Source of the DNA: Candidatus Cloacimonadales bacterium
Lineage (GTDB): Bacteria; Cloacimonadota; Cloacimonadia; Cloacimonadales; JAFGVF01
Assembly: GCA_963678315.1 (NCBI GenBank)
Contig: OY782781.1
Coordinates: 1,952,001 to 2,016,000 of the forward strand
Reading direction: 5' to 3'
DNA: 64,000 nucleotides
Position numbers and translations under genes: made by a program. Below the pieces are notes generated by a model that worked only from the letters and a program-made list of their open reading frames with translations, made no database searches and was not told the origin of the DNA. Below are positions 18,905 to 28,497 of this stretch, piece by piece; positions within the stretch are counted from its first letter, which is position 1, and each line of letters opens with the position of its first letter.

Positions 18905-20791
18905 ATGAATAAAAACGTCAAAATTGTAACGAATAAGTTACTGAAATATAAAGTTAATTTAATCATGGGACTCATAGCAATGGTCCTATATGCTGTTTTC
19001 AGTGGGGCAACGATAACACTATTAGCTCCACTTTTCGACTATGTCTTTACTAATTTAGATAGAGCAGTTGAGTATAATACAATTAGCGAAATATCTAATG
19101 TGTTATGGGATTCTACAGTTAACAAATTTACTAATTCAGACTTTAACTTCTTTGATAGGTCAAGTTATGATGGAATAATTGAGGGATACAAAGAAATTCT
19201 AGAACTTTCTAATCCTATTCAGCTACTTTATTTCGTTATAATTGTGATTGTAGTAGCCTTGCTATTAAAAAACGTCTTCTATGTTGCTAATAGATTCTTC
19301 TTTTCAGTATTAAAAGCTAAATCTGTTAGAGACATCCGTAATGAAGTATTTACAAGTTATTTATCACAATCAATAGCCTTCTTTAACAAGAATAAAGTTG
19401 GCGATTCTATAGTTAGAATGGTCGATGATGTAAATATTATAAGTAATCTATATATTTCATCAATATTTAATGTCTTAAGAGATGTTATATCCATTGTAAT
19501 TTTCATCTTCATAGCTCTTTTTATAAATGCTAAGTTGTTCCTATTGAGCTTGATGATTGTTCCAATTTTTACTTTTGGGGTTAATTTCTTAGGTAAGAAA
19601 ATCAAGAAATATGCTAAGAGGATTCAAAGACAAGCCTCAACTTTATTCTCCAATATTGAAGAAGTTCTAAGTTCTATGAAAATCGTAAAAGCCTTCTCTA
19701 AAGAAGACTTCGAAAGAAAAAGGATGAACCAAATCAATAGTAGCTATATGCGCTTGAGAATTAAATCTCAGATATATGCTTCACTTAATGTTCCTTTATC
19801 TGAACTTACATCTATGGCAACAGGAATCATTGTCATTGTTCTTGGTGCACAGATGATTAATAGTGATAGTTCAAACTTCTCGCTAGGTTCATTTACTGCC
19901 TTCTTAGGTGCTATATTCTCTATCCTACATCCTTTGAAAGTAGTAACCAAAGCTTATACTGATATAAAAAAAGCAGGAGTTTCACTAGGACGTATAAATG
20001 AAGTAGTTGGACTTTCTCCTGAAATTAATGAAATTGATAATCCTAAAGAAATAAAATCATTTGAGGATTCTATCGAGATTAAAAATGTTTCTTTCGGATA
20101 TCATAAAGATAAAGAAGTCATTAAAAATCTATCACTAACTATCAAGAAAGGACAATCAATCGGTATTGTAGGTTCTTCAGGTTCAGGTAAATCAACTCTG
20201 ATTAATCTAATCAATCGTATGTATGATTTCAATAGTGGTCAAATCCTTATCGATGGCGAGAACATAAAGAACTTTAAAATATATGATTTACGTTCTTTGT
20301 TTGGCCTAGTGACTCAAGAATCAATTCTATTTAGTGAAACTATAGAAAACAATATCAAGTATGGTACCAATAAAGAAGTAAGCCATGATGATGTTGTCAA
20401 TGCCGCAGAAATAGCTTATGCCAAAGAGTTTATTGAAGAGCTTCAAGATTCATACAAACACAGACTAGAGACTAAAGGCTCTGATTTATCTGGAGGCCAA
20501 AAGCAAAGAATATGTATTGCTAGATCGATTGTAGGAAATCCACCAATTCTAATATTTGATGAGGCTACTTCTGCTCTTGACACAGATTCAGAAAAGAATG
20601 TTCAAATTGCTATAGAAAAAGCAACTAAAAATAGAACCGTAATTATGATTGCTCACAGACTTTCAACTATAATTAATTGTGATAAAATTGTAGTTATGGA
20701 TAAGGGTGAAATTGTAGGTGTTGGCACACATGAAGAGTTATTAAAAAATAACACTAGATATGCTGAATTAAGCGGAAGCCAAAATTTATAA
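18905..20791 (+). CDS. MsbA-like ABC exporter (lipid A/glycolipid flippase)
   Basis: TMD-NBD with GSSGSGKST, LSGGQKQR, DEATSALD, AHR; heads a glycosyl-modification operon. Confidence 0.8.
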   Translation: MNKNVKIVTNKLLKYKVNLIMGLIAMVLYAVFSGATITLLAPLFDYVFTNLDRAVEYNTISEISNVLWDSTVNKFTNSDFNFFDRSSYDGIIEGYKEILELSNPIQLLYFVIIVIVVALLLKNVFYVANRFFFSVLKAKSVRDIRNEVFTSYLSQSIAFFNKNKVGDSIVRMVDDVNIISNLYISSIFNVLRDVISIVIFIFIALFINAKLFLLSLMIVPIFTFGVNFLGKKIKKYAKRIQRQASTLFSNIEEVLSSMKIVKAFSKEDFERKRMNQINSSYMRLRIKSQIYASLNVPLSELTSMATGIIVIVLGAQMINSDSSNFSLGSFTAFLGAIFSILHPLKVVTKAYTDIKKAGVSLGRINEVVGLSPEINEIDNPKEIKSFEDSIEIKNVSFGYHKDKEVIKNLSLTIKKGQSIGIVGSSGSGKSTLINLINRMYDFNSGQILIDGENIKNFKIYDLRSLFGLVTQESILFSETIENNIKYGTNKEVSHDDVVNAAEIAYAKEFIEELQDSYKHRLETKGSDLSGGQKQRICIARSIVGNPPILIFDEATSALDTDSEKNVQIAIEKATKNRTVIMIAHRLSTIINCDKIVVMDKGEIVGVGTHEELLKNNTRYAELSGSQNL

Positions 20792-20805
20792 GAATAGGAG
20801 AAATA

Positions 20806-21189
20806 ATGTTAGTAGAAGTTTCTATCGGAGAAGTAGTTGATAAAGTTACTATCCTTTCAATAAAATTAGAAAAGTTTAAAGATGCACAAAAGAAGATGAA
20901 TGTTCAAAAAGAATACGATACTTTAATTAAAGATATTAATAAGCTCGGAATAGACGAAAATTCTCCAGAGTTTCAAGAACTAAGAGCAGTTAATGTGAAA
21001 TTATGGAATATTGAAGATTCTATCCGTGTAAAAGAATTTAACAAAGAGTTTGATGAAGAATTTATCCAAATAGCTAGATCTGTCTACTTTGAAAACGATA
21101 CTAGAGCTGAAATTAAAAAGAAGATTAATCTTAAGTTTGGTTCTTCTTTAATCGAAGAAAAAGAGTATGTAGAATATAAAGGACAATAA
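20806..21189 (+). CDS. DUF6165-like small helical protein
   Basis: VSIGEVVDKVTILSIK...LWNIEDSIR...ARSVYFENDTRAEIKKKIN...S.LIEEKEY pattern. Confidence 0.75.
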   Translation: MLVEVSIGEVVDKVTILSIKLEKFKDAQKKMNVQKEYDTLIKDINKLGIDENSPEFQELRAVNVKLWNIEDSIRVKEFNKEFDEEFIQIARSVYFENDTRAEIKKKINLKFGSSLIEEKEYVEYKGQ

Positions 21190-21585
21190 ATGACTAGAGT
21201 ACTTACTTATGGCACATTTGATTTGTTTCATTATGGGCATCTTAGAATTCTACAAAGGGCAAAATCACTTGGTGATTATTTAATTGTTGCGGTTTCAACT
21301 GATGAATTTAATGCTATTAAGAATAAAAAGAGCACTTATCCTTATGAAGAAAGAGCTCAGATTGTTGAAGCTATAAAGTATGTAGACCAAGTTATCCCAG
21401 AAAATAACTGGGAACAAAAGATTCAAGATATCAAAGAACATAATGTTGACATAATGGTCATGGGTAGTGATTGGTATGGTAAGTTTGATTTCCTTAAAGA
21501 ATACTGCCAAGTGGTTTATCTAGATAGAACCCCCAATATCTCTTCTACTGAAATAAAAGAGGGGATTAGAGGAGATGTGAATTGA
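21190..21585 (+). CDS. tagD: Glycerol-3-phosphate cytidylyltransferase
   Basis: TYGTFDLFHYGH, STDEFN, MGSDW.GKFD, RTPNISST. Confidence 0.92.
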   Translation: MTRVLTYGTFDLFHYGHLRILQRAKSLGDYLIVAVSTDEFNAIKNKKSTYPYEERAQIVEAIKYVDQVIPENNWEQKIQDIKEHNVDIMVMGSDWYGKFDFLKEYCQVVYLDRTPNISSTEIKEGIRGDVN

Positions 21586-22625
21586 ATATCTCTAGATATA
21601 TTAACTTTGTTCCTTATTTATTTGCTTGGCATACTAAAAAGCTACTAAACAATCAAAAACAAGCAGATTTCTATTGTGGTAATATTGTAGATTACTTCTG
21701 TTTTAAAAAAGTTCTTCAACATTATCCAAAAATGAGAGTCGTTGCTAAGAATAAGAAAGTCAGAGATAAGTTAAAAGAACATGGTGTTAAGTCAATCTTG
21801 TATCCAACTTTCCCTGATACAGTTGTAATGTGTAGACATTCTGCTAGAAAATATCCATTGAAACAAATAAAGAAGATTGGTCTTAGGCACGGTCCTTATC
21901 ACTTTAAGAATTTTATTAATCCAAGATACTATAATGAGTTTGATAGCTATCTATTTACTTCTGAATTTGAAGCAAAAGAGGCTAAAGAGATAGGAATAAC
22001 TAATGGACAAGGACCCGGGTATCCAAAGATTGATGATGCCTTTGATGGATCTATATCCGAAAGTATATTAAATAAGTTGAAGAAAGACTTAGGAATAGAT
22101 AGTAATTTACCAACAATTATATTCTCAGCAACCTGGAATAAAACTAACTATTCAGCTATCAATAAATGGTATGATAAGATAAACACTTTAGTTGGAAAGT
22201 ATAATATACTTGTAACAGTGCATGATTGGACTACTCAAGATATCAAAGACAAACTAAAGCATACTAAAGGAATCCATTATATTGAAGATAAAGAAATCTT
22301 AAAGTACTTAATGATTTCAGATTTAATGATTGGCGATATTAGTTCTATTATTGCAGAATTCTCAGCTTTGGATAAAGCAATAATTACTTTTAGAATAGAG
22401 GTTGGTAAAAGAACAACAAAGCAGATTATTGAAATGCTCGATAACATGACCTACAGAGTAGATTCTTTCGAGGAACTCGAAGCTTTAATTGATATAGCCT
22501 TGGCTGATAATGGAGAAAAGCATAGACTTCAAAGACAAAAATATAATGAAATTATGTTTGGTCAACTGGATGGAAAAGCTAACCTAAGGGTTAAAACAAT
22601 TATAGATAATTTTATAGAGGGTTAA
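21582..22625 (+). CDS. CDP-glycerol glycerophosphotransferase family protein (TagB/TagF-like)
   Basis: RHGP, GYPKID, IIFSATW, SDLMIGDISSIIAEF..LDK.I, DGKA. Confidence 0.75.
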   Translation: MNISRYINFVPYLFAWHTKKLLNNQKQADFYCGNIVDYFCFKKVLQHYPKMRVVAKNKKVRDKLKEHGVKSILYPTFPDTVVMCRHSARKYPLKQIKKIGLRHGPYHFKNFINPRYYNEFDSYLFTSEFEAKEAKEIGITNGQGPGYPKIDDAFDGSISESILNKLKKDLGIDSNLPTIIFSATWNKTNYSAINKWYDKINTLVGKYNILVTVHDWTTQDIKDKLKHTKGIHYIEDKEILKYLMISDLMIGDISSIIAEFSALDKAIITFRIEVGKRTTKQIIEMLDNMTYRVDSFEELEALIDIALADNGEKHRLQRQKYNEIMFGQLDGKANLRVKTIIDNFIEG

Positions 22626-22626
22626 A

Positions 22627-23625
22627 ATGAAATTAGGTATCTTAACAGCTTTTAGAGATCAACATAAGTATTATGTTAGAGCTTGCCAAGAATTAAATAT
22701 TGAATATGAAATCATTGATATAATTAGCTATAAATGGCTTGAAAAGCTAATGGCAAGTGATTGCGATGGTTACTTGTGCAGACCTCCATCAAAGTTTCAA
22801 GAAAGAAAAACTATGTTTGATGAGAGACTTAGATTCATTACTGAATACTTGAAGAAGCCTATTTATCCTGGTTATGAAGAACTTTATATCTATGAAAACA
22901 AGAAGATGATGGATACTTGGTTAACTTATAATAATATTAGTCATGCAAAAACCTATGTATTCTATGATAAACAAGAATATGTTAATTTTGTAAAAAATGC
23001 TAAATTTCCTTTAGTATTCAAGACAAATATTGGTTCAACATCAAAGGGTGTCAAAATTGTTAAGTCTAAGAGTTCAGCCTTAAAAATAGGCAATAAAATA
23101 TTTGGATTAACTAATTCAAAGTTATCTAAAGGGTATACACCTCAAACTACTGGAAAGGTAATTAAATTTACAGCTGTTGGAGCTAGTCAAAAGCATTATA
23201 TAATTCTTCAAGAGTTTATCGATGTCGTTTGGGAATGGAGAATGGTTAAAATTGGTGAATCATATTTTGGACACAAGAAGCTTATGAAGAAAGGCTTTGC
23301 AAGTGGTTCAAAGCTCAAGGGGTGGGATAACCCTTCTCAAGAGATTCTCCATTTTACTAAATCTATCTGTGATAAAGGTAATTTTAATTCCATGAATATT
23401 GATATATTTGAAACCCCTAATGGAGACTTATATGTTAATGAACTTCAAGCCATCTTTGGTCAATCAACAGAACATCTTATGCTAATTGATGGTAAAGCTG
23501 GACGTTACATATATAAAAATAATCAATTTGTATTCGAAGAAGGGAACTTTAATCAAAATGCATCATGCAATCTAAGAGTAAAAAACTTTATTGATATTTT
23601 AGAAGGTGACTGTGATGCAAAGTAA
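22627..23625 (+). CDS. ATP-grasp fold protein (RimK-like amide ligase)
   Basis: YENK, FPLVFK...GSTSKGV, ILQEFI, EWR, NIDIF, YVNELQ. Confidence 0.75.
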   Translation: MKLGILTAFRDQHKYYVRACQELNIEYEIIDIISYKWLEKLMASDCDGYLCRPPSKFQERKTMFDERLRFITEYLKKPIYPGYEELYIYENKKMMDTWLTYNNISHAKTYVFYDKQEYVNFVKNAKFPLVFKTNIGSTSKGVKIVKSKSSALKIGNKIFGLTNSKLSKGYTPQTTGKVIKFTAVGASQKHYIILQEFIDVVWEWRMVKIGESYFGHKKLMKKGFASGSKLKGWDNPSQEILHFTKSICDKGNFNSMNIDIFETPNGDLYVNELQAIFGQSTEHLMLIDGKAGRYIYKNNQFVFEEGNFNQNASCNLRVKNFIDILEGDCDAK

Positions 23626-24625
23626 TTTCTCTGATGTAAAAAAGATATTAATAATCCAGTATAAGCCTTTCGGAGATATACTCTTAAATACAGCTTATTT
23701 ACCTGGTTTAAGAAAGAAATTCCCAAATGCTCAGATAGATTTTTTAATTCAAAGGCCATATAGAATTGTCTTAGAGGATAACCCTCATATCGATAATTTA
23801 GTGATAATGGAAAAGACTAAGAATGAATTTAAGAAGATTGGAATCAGAATTAAAACTATCCTTAAGGTTAGAAAAGAAAAGTATGATCTTGTCATTGACC
23901 AGCTCAGAGGAGTAGGATCTGCCCAAATTACTCTATTTAGTGGAGCAAGATATAGACTAGGCTGGAAACTAAAGAAGTATAATTGGGTTTATAATTATTT
24001 AACTCCTAGAGATAATCTTAGATATTATGCTCTGCTCAAGAGTGATGTGTTAAAACCTCTAAATATAAAGTTTGACAGCTTGGAAACCTTCTATCACATT
24101 AAAGAAAAGTCTCTGACTTATATTGATAAATGGCTAAAAGAAGTTGGACTTGAAGGTAAACCCTTCTTGATTGTTTCTCCAACATCTCCGGTTCTTTATA
24201 AACAATGGGATTTAGCTTCTTATGCTAAAACTCTTGATATGGTTAAAGAAGGGCTTGGATTGGATATTGTTTTCCTTTGGGGACCAAACGAATTGGCTAA
24301 TGTTGAAACTATTGTTGCTCAAATGAAAACAAAGGCTATTATTGCTTGCAAGACTAACTTCAATGAGGCAGGAGCTCTGCTTAAACGAGGAAGTATATTC
24401 TTTGGGAATGATGGTGGTGTTAATCACCTTGCAATAGCTGTTAAGACTCCATCCGTTGCTATTTTTGGACCTCATACCAATCCTATTAAGTGGCAGGCAA
24501 ACCATATTAAAACCCACACTTTCCTAAGAAATTGGGACTGCAAAGATAAAACAGATAGAAGGCTTGGTATTAGCCCTGAAATGGCATTTAAAGAACTAAA
24601 GAAAATGTATGAGATGATTAAATGA
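23615..24625 (+). CDS. Glycosyltransferase family 9 (heptosyltransferase-like)
   Basis: KILII...FGDILL, YKQW, FFGNDGGVNHLAIA..TPSVAIFGP; ATG at 23615 preferred over GTG at 23606. Confidence 0.88.
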   Translation: MQSNFSDVKKILIIQYKPFGDILLNTAYLPGLRKKFPNAQIDFLIQRPYRIVLEDNPHIDNLVIMEKTKNEFKKIGIRIKTILKVRKEKYDLVIDQLRGVGSAQITLFSGARYRLGWKLKKYNWVYNYLTPRDNLRYYALLKSDVLKPLNIKFDSLETFYHIKEKSLTYIDKWLKEVGLEGKPFLIVSPTSPVLYKQWDLASYAKTLDMVKEGLGLDIVFLWGPNELANVETIVAQMKTKAIIACKTNFNEAGALLKRGSIFFGNDGGVNHLAIAVKTPSVAIFGPHTNPIKWQANHIKTHTFLRNWDCKDKTDRRLGISPEMAFKELKKMYEMIK

Positions 24626-25671
24626 AATATGTTCTCTATATAGCTAAACTGTATTCACTTTCAATTTTTCAACCTATTGTAAAAGCTCTCAAAGAGACCA
24701 ACAATGATTATCGATTTTATGTTTCGGACAATGTAAGAAATAATTGGAATAATGATTGGGATAAGAATCTCATTCTTGAAGATATCCCTGCTGCTAAAAA
24801 GTATAATTCTGACGCAGTACTCTGTCCTGGTAACTTTGTAGATTGGAGAATTCCAGGAATCAAAGTGCAAATATTCCATGGCTTAGGGGTTGAAAAAGCT
24901 GCACATTTTAAGATAAGGCATTTCTTTGATGTTTATGCTACTTCTGGACCTTATGTAACAGAAAGATTTAAGAAACTTCAAAGTGATAACAATAACTATT
25001 TTGATATTATTGAAACTGGTTGGCCTAAGGTTGATCAAATCATTAATTATGACATGAATGGTTTAAGGGAAAAATACAATATCCCAGAAAATAAAAAAGT
25101 GATCCTTTATGCGCCTACATTTAGTCATAAAATGGAATCTGCTACAAAAACTTTAAGTTCAATGGCTGACTTAGCAAATGATGATGAAGTTTGGCTTTTG
25201 AAGTTTCATGCATTGATGAATAAAGATATCATAAACGATTTCCGTAAGTTGGGAAATGATAATATCAGAGTTATGAATGAAAAGGATATTACTCCATTGC
25301 TACATATTTCTGATATTATGATTTCTGATACTTCTTCTGTTATATATGAATTCATGATTTTGAATAAGCCTGTCATTACTATTGATACAATCGACCTCAA
25401 AGATAAAGGACTAAATATCAATGATGTTCATGAATTAAGATCTGCAATCAATAAGTTGAAGGAAAATCCAATTTTATTGCAGGATAAGATTGATAAATAT
25501 GTGAATCTTATTAATCCATACACTGATGGTAAAGTGTGCTATAATTTGATAAAAGAAGTTAACAAGTTAGTTGATAGTGGTCATCTACCAAAGTCTAATA
25601 AGCCGCTAAATCTGTTTAGGAAGTGGCAAATTATCTATCACTCAATTTTCAGGAAAGGGTATTTAAGATAA
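24622..25671 (+). CDS. CDP-glycerol glycerophosphotransferase family protein
   Basis: QIFHG, TGWPKVD, ILYAPTFS, KFH, SDIMISDTSSVIYEF..LNKPVI. Confidence 0.8.
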   Translation: MKYVLYIAKLYSLSIFQPIVKALKETNNDYRFYVSDNVRNNWNNDWDKNLILEDIPAAKKYNSDAVLCPGNFVDWRIPGIKVQIFHGLGVEKAAHFKIRHFFDVYATSGPYVTERFKKLQSDNNNYFDIIETGWPKVDQIINYDMNGLREKYNIPENKKVILYAPTFSHKMESATKTLSSMADLANDDEVWLLKFHALMNKDIINDFRKLGNDNIRVMNEKDITPLLHISDIMISDTSSVIYEFMILNKPVITIDTIDLKDKGLNINDVHELRSAINKLKENPILLQDKIDKYVNLINPYTDGKVCYNLIKEVNKLVDSGHLPKSNKPLNLFRKWQIIYHSIFRKGYLR

Positions 25672-26264
25672 TGGCTGGAAATCTAAAGTTAGTTGGAAAA
25701 ATAGCAGATGTTGCTCTTGATATGCTTAAAAAGACCTGTCAAGCATTAGAAAATAATACAATAGATTATATTCTTGAAGGAGGAACCCTTCTTGGTATAA
25801 TTAGAGAGGAAAGGCTTCTTCCTTGGGATAATGATCTTGATATTACGGTTAAATATGAGGATCTAGATAAAATACTTAAAGCACGAAAAGATATCTGGAA
25901 AGCTGGTTATAGAACTAGAGTTAGACACTATAAAGAAGATATAGGTCCTTTCAAAAAAGGTCAAGTTAAGATTATAAAGGTTCAAACTAGGAAGTTATTT
26001 TTCTTTAAAGGTTTTACTTTACTTGATATTTTCGTAAAGAAGAGAGTAGATGGTAAATACTATTGGACTGTTGGTGGAAAAAATATTGTTCTGAAGTCTG
26101 CTCCAGAAAAGTTCTATAAAGAGCTGAGTAAAGTTAATTTTAAAGGTCACGATTATTCTATTCCTAAAGATTATAAAGAATATTTGACTTATAGGTATGG
26201 CCAATGGAATATTGTAAAGAAAGATTATAATTATAAAAAAGACGATAATGCTATTGTAAAATAA
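25671..26264 (+). CDS. LicD-family phosphotransferase
   Basis: GGTLLGIIRE..LLPWDNDLDI, LDIF, YL...YG.W; ATG at 25671 overlaps the upstream TAA. Confidence 0.85.
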   Translation: MAGNLKLVGKIADVALDMLKKTCQALENNTIDYILEGGTLLGIIREERLLPWDNDLDITVKYEDLDKILKARKDIWKAGYRTRVRHYKEDIGPFKKGQVKIIKVQTRKLFFFKGFTLLDIFVKKRVDGKYYWTVGGKNIVLKSAPEKFYKELSKVNFKGHDYSIPKDYKEYLTYRYGQWNIVKKDYNYKKDDNAIVK

Positions 26265-26276
26265 AGGTAAGGTATA

Positions 26277-27032
26277 ATGAGAGCTATTATAATTGCTGCT
26301 GGTAAAGGAACGAGATTGTATCCATTAACTAAGAATACTCCAAAAAGTTTATTAGAAATTGGTGATGGTTTAACATTACTTGAATCACAGTTACATTCTT
26401 TGAAAGAAAATAATATAAAAGATGTTACCATAATTGTAGGCTATCTTGCAAAGCAAATTGAAGCTAAAATTGATAAATATAGAGATGACTTTAATATAGA
26501 TATAGTGTATAATCCTTTTTATGATGTTTCTAACAATCTAATTTCAGTTTGGATGGCTAGATACTATATGAATGAAGATTTTATTACTATAAATGGTGAT
26601 GATATCTTCAATCCTGTCATCATAGAAGATCTTTTAAAAAGCTCTGAACAGATAACCATGGTAGTTGACTATAAAGATTCTTATGATGAAGATGATATGA
26701 AGATTATCCATGAAAGAGGACTTGTCAAACAAGTCAACAAGAAAATTGCCCCTAAAGATGCTAATGGAGAATCGGTCGGCATTATTAAATTTTCAGGACA
26801 AGGACGCAACATATACATTCGAACTCTTGAAGAGATGGTTAGAGATAATGCTAATATGAACTCTTTTTATCTTAGTGCAATACAAAGAATTATTGATAAA
26901 GGCTATTCTGTTAATATGTCTGTTTGCGATCCTAAGAATTGGGGTGAATTAGATTTTCACCCAGATTTATTATTTATTAGAGAATATGTAAGGAAAGAGA
27001 ACTTATCTCAAGTTATTCTTGGGAAAAGTTAA
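26277..27032 (+). CDS. Phosphocholine cytidylyltransferase-family NTP transferase (LicC-like)
   Basis: AIIIAAGKGTRL.PLT...PKSL, YNPFY..SNN..S, NGDD, DDMK, GESVGIIKF, W.ELD. Confidence 0.8.
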   Translation: MRAIIIAAGKGTRLYPLTKNTPKSLLEIGDGLTLLESQLHSLKENNIKDVTIIVGYLAKQIEAKIDKYRDDFNIDIVYNPFYDVSNNLISVWMARYYMNEDFITINGDDIFNPVIIEDLLKSSEQITMVVDYKDSYDEDDMKIIHERGLVKQVNKKIAPKDANGESVGIIKFSGQGRNIYIRTLEEMVRDNANMNSFYLSAIQRIIDKGYSVNMSVCDPKNWGELDFHPDLLFIREYVRKENLSQVILGKS

Positions 27033-27056
27033 ATAAACTTGAATAATAGATTAGAA

Positions 27057-27779
27057 ATGTGTAAATCGTTAGATATACATACTCATTTATCTCAACTAAA
27101 GGATAAAATATCTAGCTATTATGCTGATTTTCCAGATACTATTCATGTCTCTACAGCATTAAATAAGCAAGAAGTAGATTTTCATCTAGATAACAATATC
27201 CCATATTGGTTTGCTGGTTGTCATCCTATGGATATAAACAATTATACATTGTTTGAACCAATTTTAATTAAGCTTCTTGAATCAAAGAAAATCTTAGGGA
27301 TTGGTGAAATAGGCCTTGATAAAAGATTCCCAAATAATCAACTACAAATAGAAGTTTTTCTTAAGCAATTGAAACTAGCTGAGAAATACCAAATGCCTAT
27401 CTTACTTCATGCTTATGGGTCTCCTTATAAAATCGTTGATTTTTTAAAGAGGCTAGTAAGGATAAAGAAAGGAGTAATTATGCATGGATTTAAAGGATCA
27501 ATGGAGGTTTTCAAGGAATTAGACAAGTTAGAAGTTTATATCTCTTTGAGTAATCGGATTCTTAAACCATTGAAACATAGAGAAGTAGTTAAAGCAATTC
27601 TTGCTACTGGAAGATATTTTATTGAGAGTGATTATCCATATAATGGAGATCTGAAGGAAACAACATTAATAGCACAAAAAATCGAAGAAGATTATAGAAT
27701 AAGTGGTGTTATGGATAGATGTATAGAAAATTTTGAGCTTATTTTTGGGAGGCATTGTGGAACAATATCAGAGATCTAG
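27057..27779 (+). CDS. TatD-family hydrolase
   Basis: DIHTH, GCHP, GIGEIGLD, LLH, IMHGF, ESD; start may be 27039 or 27057. Confidence 0.85.
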   Translation: MCKSLDIHTHLSQLKDKISSYYADFPDTIHVSTALNKQEVDFHLDNNIPYWFAGCHPMDINNYTLFEPILIKLLESKKILGIGEIGLDKRFPNNQLQIEVFLKQLKLAEKYQMPILLHAYGSPYKIVDFLKRLVRIKKGVIMHGFKGSMEVFKELDKLEVYISLSNRILKPLKHREVVKAILATGRYFIESDYPYNGDLKETTLIAQKIEEDYRISGVMDRCIENFELIFGRHCGTISEI

Positions 27780-28497
27780 TTTGATTGTAGGAGATGAGTC
27801 AATAAGCAAATTCAGAGATATAAATATCTTAATTGTGGGTCTAGGTGGAGTAGGGGGATATGCATTAGAAGGTCTAGCAAGAGCTGGTTTTAGTAAATTT
27901 ACTATAGTTGATTTTGACCATGTAAGTGAATCAAATATAAACCGTCAGATAATTGCTTTGCATAGCACGATAGGCAAGCTAAAGAGTGAATTGTTTAAAG
28001 AAAGATTGTTAGATATTAATCCTGAATGCCAAGTTAAGGTTATATCTCAATTCTTAGATGATGAAAATCGTAAAGAGTTGATAATGAAAGCTGATTTTGT
28101 GGTCGATGCAATTGATAGTTTAGGTCCGAAGGTTGGTCTGCTTGAAGATTGTTTTCGTAATAATATCAAGGTTGTTTCTTCGATGGGAGCAGGGAATAGA
28201 CTTGACCCTTCTAAGATTAAAATAGCAGATTTATCTAAAAGTAGAAACTGTTCTTTAGCAAAACGGGTAAGGAAATTTTTAAGAAGAAGAGGCATAAATA
28301 AGGGGATTCCAGTTGTTTATTCTGAAGAATTACCGATTACTGATTATCTGAAAGAGGGAAGAGGTAAATCAGAGGAACTTAGTGATAGGGGAAGAGAGAG
28401 AACCTTAGTCGGTTCAATTTCTTATTATCCCGCAATAATGGGTATGATGTTGGCATCTTATATAATTAGGTACTATATCGATGACGAAAAAGCTTAA
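27757..28497 (+). CDS. tcdA: tRNA threonylcarbamoyladenosine dehydratase (ThiF family)
   Basis: GLGGVG, LARAG, SNINRQ, DAIDS, SSMGAG.RLDP, VVYSEE; GTG start after GGAGG. Confidence 0.88.
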   Translation: MEQYQRSSLIVGDESISKFRDINILIVGLGGVGGYALEGLARAGFSKFTIVDFDHVSESNINRQIIALHSTIGKLKSELFKERLLDINPECQVKVISQFLDDENRKELIMKADFVVDAIDSLGPKVGLLEDCFRNNIKVVSSMGAGNRLDPSKIKIADLSKSRNCSLAKRVRKFLRRRGINKGIPVVYSEELPITDYLKEGRGKSEELSDRGRERTLVGSISYYPAIMGMMLASYIIRYYIDDEKA

